Part shown: piece by piece, positions 59,636 through 64,000 of the stretch
Numbering within the stretch: position 1 is the stretch's first letter
Layout: each line of letters starts with the position of its first letter
Program-made: the position numbers and the translations under genes
Assembly (NCBI GenBank): GCA_964106645.2
Contig: OZ067049.1
Length of the DNA stretch: 64,000 nt
Strand: one strand, 5' to 3'
Source: Podarcis pityusensis
Taxonomy: Eukaryota
Notes under the pieces: model-generated
What the model was told of the DNA's origin: nothing
The model's input: only the letters and a program-made list of their open reading frames with translations
Database searches by the model: none

Positions 59636-62600
59636 CGCAGAAGTATAAAATTTGGTGCCCTCCACCCATTCCCCAGTAAGCAGCAAAACAAAGTGATGTC
59701 CAAAACACACAGATCTATCTCAACACGAGCCATGGGTCAGACCTTTATGCTGTTAGAGGGATTCCAAAGTGTTTGTTACCTGTCAGTCCCTGAATTTGCA
59801 CAAATGGCATTTGTGAAAGGGCTCAAAGAGTATTTCTTCATTGATTGTGGCTGTGGTTCTGCTGGGGTAAATGGAGACTTTTGCATCTCTGCCTGAGACT
59901 ACAGTTGGCAGGAAGTCACCACCATAATTAGAATCTTACAACAATTAATACCAAGTAGCACAACCCCAAATGTAACTGGTTGAGTACGCATTCTACTGGT
60001 GATATATGAGCACTTGCAAATGGTTGTGCAAATGCTCATCTTTCATTGTTGTCTTTTTAACAATACCTGTGGTATACATGTAAATGTCTGTAAAAAAGTG
60101 TGCTTATTAATTCTCTATGCACATCCAGTATGGATAGCATACTCAGCAGTTTGCATCATGCATTTCGGGTATCCAATGAACTTTCTGACATGCTGATTTC
60201 ATTTTTCCACTTTATGCATCTTCTAGTGAAAGCGAATTTGACTGTCCACACCTGAAAAATATTTATTATTATTATTTTAATGTGGGGTTCCAGGAGTGCG
60301 TTGAATTAGCTCCAAGCAAAAATAGCAATGGTATCAAGGGAATATAAATGTTCTAGTAAACTATACGAGGGGACTGTTTAATTTAATGATAGTGATTGCA
60401 GAACTAGGCACCAGAGTGGGGTGTTTTTAATTAAGTTGGCGTTTAGTTAAAATTAGCCTCCATTCATTATGCAGTGTGCAAGTTCTTTACCTTAATATGA
60501 AAAGAAGGTCATTCTCATAGCCACAGTCCTCTTCTTTAATACTTTTTTTGGTTTGTTTTTTAAAAGATACTGTATTGTGTTGTGCTTCCATTAATTATCA
60601 AGGGTTTATTTACAAGACAATAATTAATTATACCTCTGGGAAGCTCAAGTGTCTAAGATGAATCAAAGCAGACTTGATAAGAAGCGATGAAAGTCTCACA
60701 TAATTAAGCAAGGCACTAGAGACCAATTGTTTATGGAATTATTTTGCTGGAGTTAATTGATACTAATTATTTAATCTGATTTTCTTCTTCCCAGTGATTC
60801 TTACACCAAATCACTGCACTCTGCTAATGGAAGACACACAACTGATTTTATCAAGGTGTTCTTCCTGTTTTTGTTTGGGAAGAAAAGACACTGGGCCAAG
60901 ACAGAAAATGTAACTGAAAGCTCAGAATCAGATTTTTTTATCAGTCAGATAGGAAGCTGTATGCAAGCCATCAATGGTAAGACATATTTAGGCATGAAAC
61001 ATATCTAAAAGAATATGTGAGTTTTTGTAAGTTGGAGGTACACTTTTGTGATTTGATTTGATTTGTGTCCTTGTATAATTGGTGTCCCCCCCCCCCTTTC
61101 CCTTAAAAAATGCTTTAGTTCAAGTCCAGTTCATAAAATAGTTAACCATCTTCATATATCATAAACTGTTCTAAACATGATTTATGGTACAGATTGGATG
61201 TGTGATTAGAACTTTAAAAGTTGCTAACATTATAACTTGAATGCAGGAAAAAATATTATGGTTGACAACATTATCAAAGTCCTACTTTGGAGATTTAGTA
61301 ATCCTTGGCAGAGGAATGAAACGTTGTCTGGAAAAGCAGATACAATGTAGTTAGAACACTTTGAGCTGATTTATTTAGTTCTGCCATGCTGTTGCTTTAG
61401 CATATCTGACCGTTTATATCTTGTTACTTTCTTAAAAGTAGATGGAAAAGCTCCCAGCCCATGTCTTGTCTCTTTGCTCTGGGCCATAGGCAGCTCCGAA
61501 GTTCATAAAGTGTTTCCATAATTTATTAATTCAGTATTTATGCCAATGGGCTGAACTAAATCTTAGAGTGAACTCACTGAAATTGATGGAATAGTTACTT
61601 AAGTCCATTGATCTCTGTGGGTCTACTCTGAATATAACTTAGTTCATTATCACTGCCTGGCTGAGAAGTTAAGTGCACTAAACGTGGAAGTAATTTCAAC
61701 TGAAATAAAATCCTGAGTCAGTATTAAAACTCTTGCTTATAGTCTTAACAGCAATCTGTGTAATAGGTAACAGGATAGTCTAGAAATCTGTGGTCCCGTC
61801 CCACAGTACAGTAAACACATTTTCATTTATATGCTGTTTCAAGGCTGCCTCCTTATGGCTTCTGTGGCATTTTCCTAGCCTTTTCAGTATTTCCCTATTG
61901 TGTGTTTTTTTTTAAAAATATCAGTTTTTAAACCTTGTAACTGCTCCGTTCAGGACTACAGTGCCAGATTCAATGGTATGCTGGTGCAGAACTTGTAAAA
62001 AGGCATGACACTCTGAATGCATGCTCACACAGGTGCAAAATCTTGTTTTATGATGATATGATTAATACCATCATGATGATGCATGGAATGTCCTCCCCGA
62101 AGGCCATTACCATCTTCCTTCAACAGCTACATCTGTTTGCAGTTACAAGCAACCCTTCAAATGTTGGCAGACCATCCCAGGTTTCATAGTTAAAACCGGC
62201 AACAATCCAGTCCTTCACAGCAGAATGGTATTTGCATGTGATTATATCTTGTAAATGTTGTACCAATATCCAAAGACACTGAAAAGTGCTTGCTTGCAAT
62301 AGAACTTCACAGATCAGGACACAGCTTTATTCCAATTTATATAATATTATCCGTGAACTGGAAGGCACAACTCCAGAATTCCACATATGGAATTGAGCTT
62401 TTCTGCAGATTCCAGCTTATTGCTACATAAGGATCCATACGACTAGGGAGATATTGCATATGTAGATATTATCTATAGTTTCTATATGTCTTCTGAAGCT
62501 GGATTAGGAACCATGTGCAGCACACATCCAAAATATGGCTGTTGCAGATTAGAGATGGATTCGGTTCTGATGCCAAGAGTTGACACTACACAGTGCCGAG

Positions 62601-64000
62601 AGGGTGAATTTTCCTCTGATGCTGATGAGAATACATATCTCCTTCATCTGACTCAGGCCCACATGTGTGGTTATGACCTTGTTTTCTAATTATGTGTTGC
62701 TTCACAAAATATCTCAGGATCAGAGTCGATCTCTAAGAACCAATCTCCATGAAACTTTGCATGGGGTAAGCTTCTAAAATATATGGTTCCCTTCTGCCTC
62801 CCATAATATCTTGTTTAAAAGACTGAAGAGCTTTGACAAATAAAAGTTTCCCTACATGGTTTCTCTGACTAATGTCTTTGAGGATGTTGTGGATATGAGC
62901 TATTCGCTAGGTGCATTCTGTCTCAGATTTTAAGTTAAGGAAGCAATCTAGATGTTCATAGTAAATGTGTTCTTGAGCTTGGACCATTCTGCCACTTTGC
63001 CATGACTGAACCGTAGGCAGCTGTCAGAGGGGAATCAGGGACTGTGCCAAAGAACCAAAGACACAGAGCCAAAGAGCACACAGAAATAAACCAGAGCTGC
63101 GGAAGACTTTGTTGCTCAGGCAAAATCACAGCCAAACAGGAAGCTCTGTCCAGTAGGACTCAATGCCCAGCCTGGGTTAGCAAGGCAAAACCACAACCTA
63201 AGAATTCTCCACTGCCCTGAAAGTGCTCTAAACTGCTGCTCTGTTAGTTCACTAAAAGGGGAAGCTGTACATAAAGCCAAAGATTCCCAGCTGTTCTGGC
63301 ACTGGGGATCAGCATGGACTGCTCAGGGGTTCATAAAGGCCCATCACCAAACCATTAGGGTGCCCATCTGGTAATGGAGTTTGCTACTGCTGCCCCTGAA
63401 CGCTCAGTGGTGGTGGTTTTCTATGGAAGCCAAGCCACCAGCTGCTCACCTTTGATCCGTGGTGGGCAGATGCCATCTTACATTCCCCCTACAGTGGACA
63501 GCAGGTGTAGCAGCAGTGCAGGATGGCAGACCTGGCTCATACGGAGGGGGTCCTACCAACAGCACTATTGTTGAGAGTCCACCAGAGGCTAGTGTTGAGG
63601 ATCCTGGTTCAAGCGCTTCAGCTGTTTTGAACTACAATAACATAGTATGCATTTTCCCTCCCCGCTTTGAAATTTCAAACAGGTTTGAACTTCAAACAGC
63701 GAATTATATTGTAAATGTATATATCATGCTTCGTAGTGATCTTGCAGACTTCTAGTCAGGCATTGCATTTTTTTATTTTGACATCTTTTTGTAGGATGAC
63801 CCTACCAATGGTATGGGTGAGTCACAGCCTGTGCACCAATTTTCATCCATTGTGTTCAAGTAAGATTTTGCATTTTGTTTATGTATTTATTTGCATTATC
63901 CTATTGATTAGCCTTTGAAAACAGCTGAATGGGTCAAGCTGGTATTTGAACTTTGAACATGGAATTGGCCTTGAACATGTGCACCAAATATTCATTCCAG

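Noticed and set aside
62050-63600. Possible ancient retroelement remnants
   Set aside because: Too degraded to assign a family or boundaries by eye.

Overview
Squamate (probably lacertid lizard) genomic DNA, judged from its Sauria SINE, L2, CR1 and MITE content. It holds one protein-coding gene, SP8 (minus strand). The main coding exon is 25681-24233; the short first exon is probably hidden in the N tract at 26799-26968; the 3'UTR runs to about 21.45-21.7 kb. SP8 sits in a CpG-rich domain of about 27 kb (about 15.7-43.2 kb) with several CpG islands, candidate conserved enhancers and many ~85-bp palindromic MITE-like repeats, but few long retroelements. The flanks carry LINE fragments (L2, CR1, L1, Rex1/Babar), SINEs (Sauria, MIR-like, tRNA-Ala/Ile/Lys-headed), hAT and Tc1/mariner MITEs, a solo LTR, Penelope-like remnants with hammerhead-type cores, and a truncated Gypsy insertion that ends at an LTR-end-like site inside gag but keeps its target-site duplication. 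The N tract over the zinc fingers has exactly the expected length, so the four N tracts look like length-preserving masks over conserved sequence. All calls are by eye; no alignments were run.
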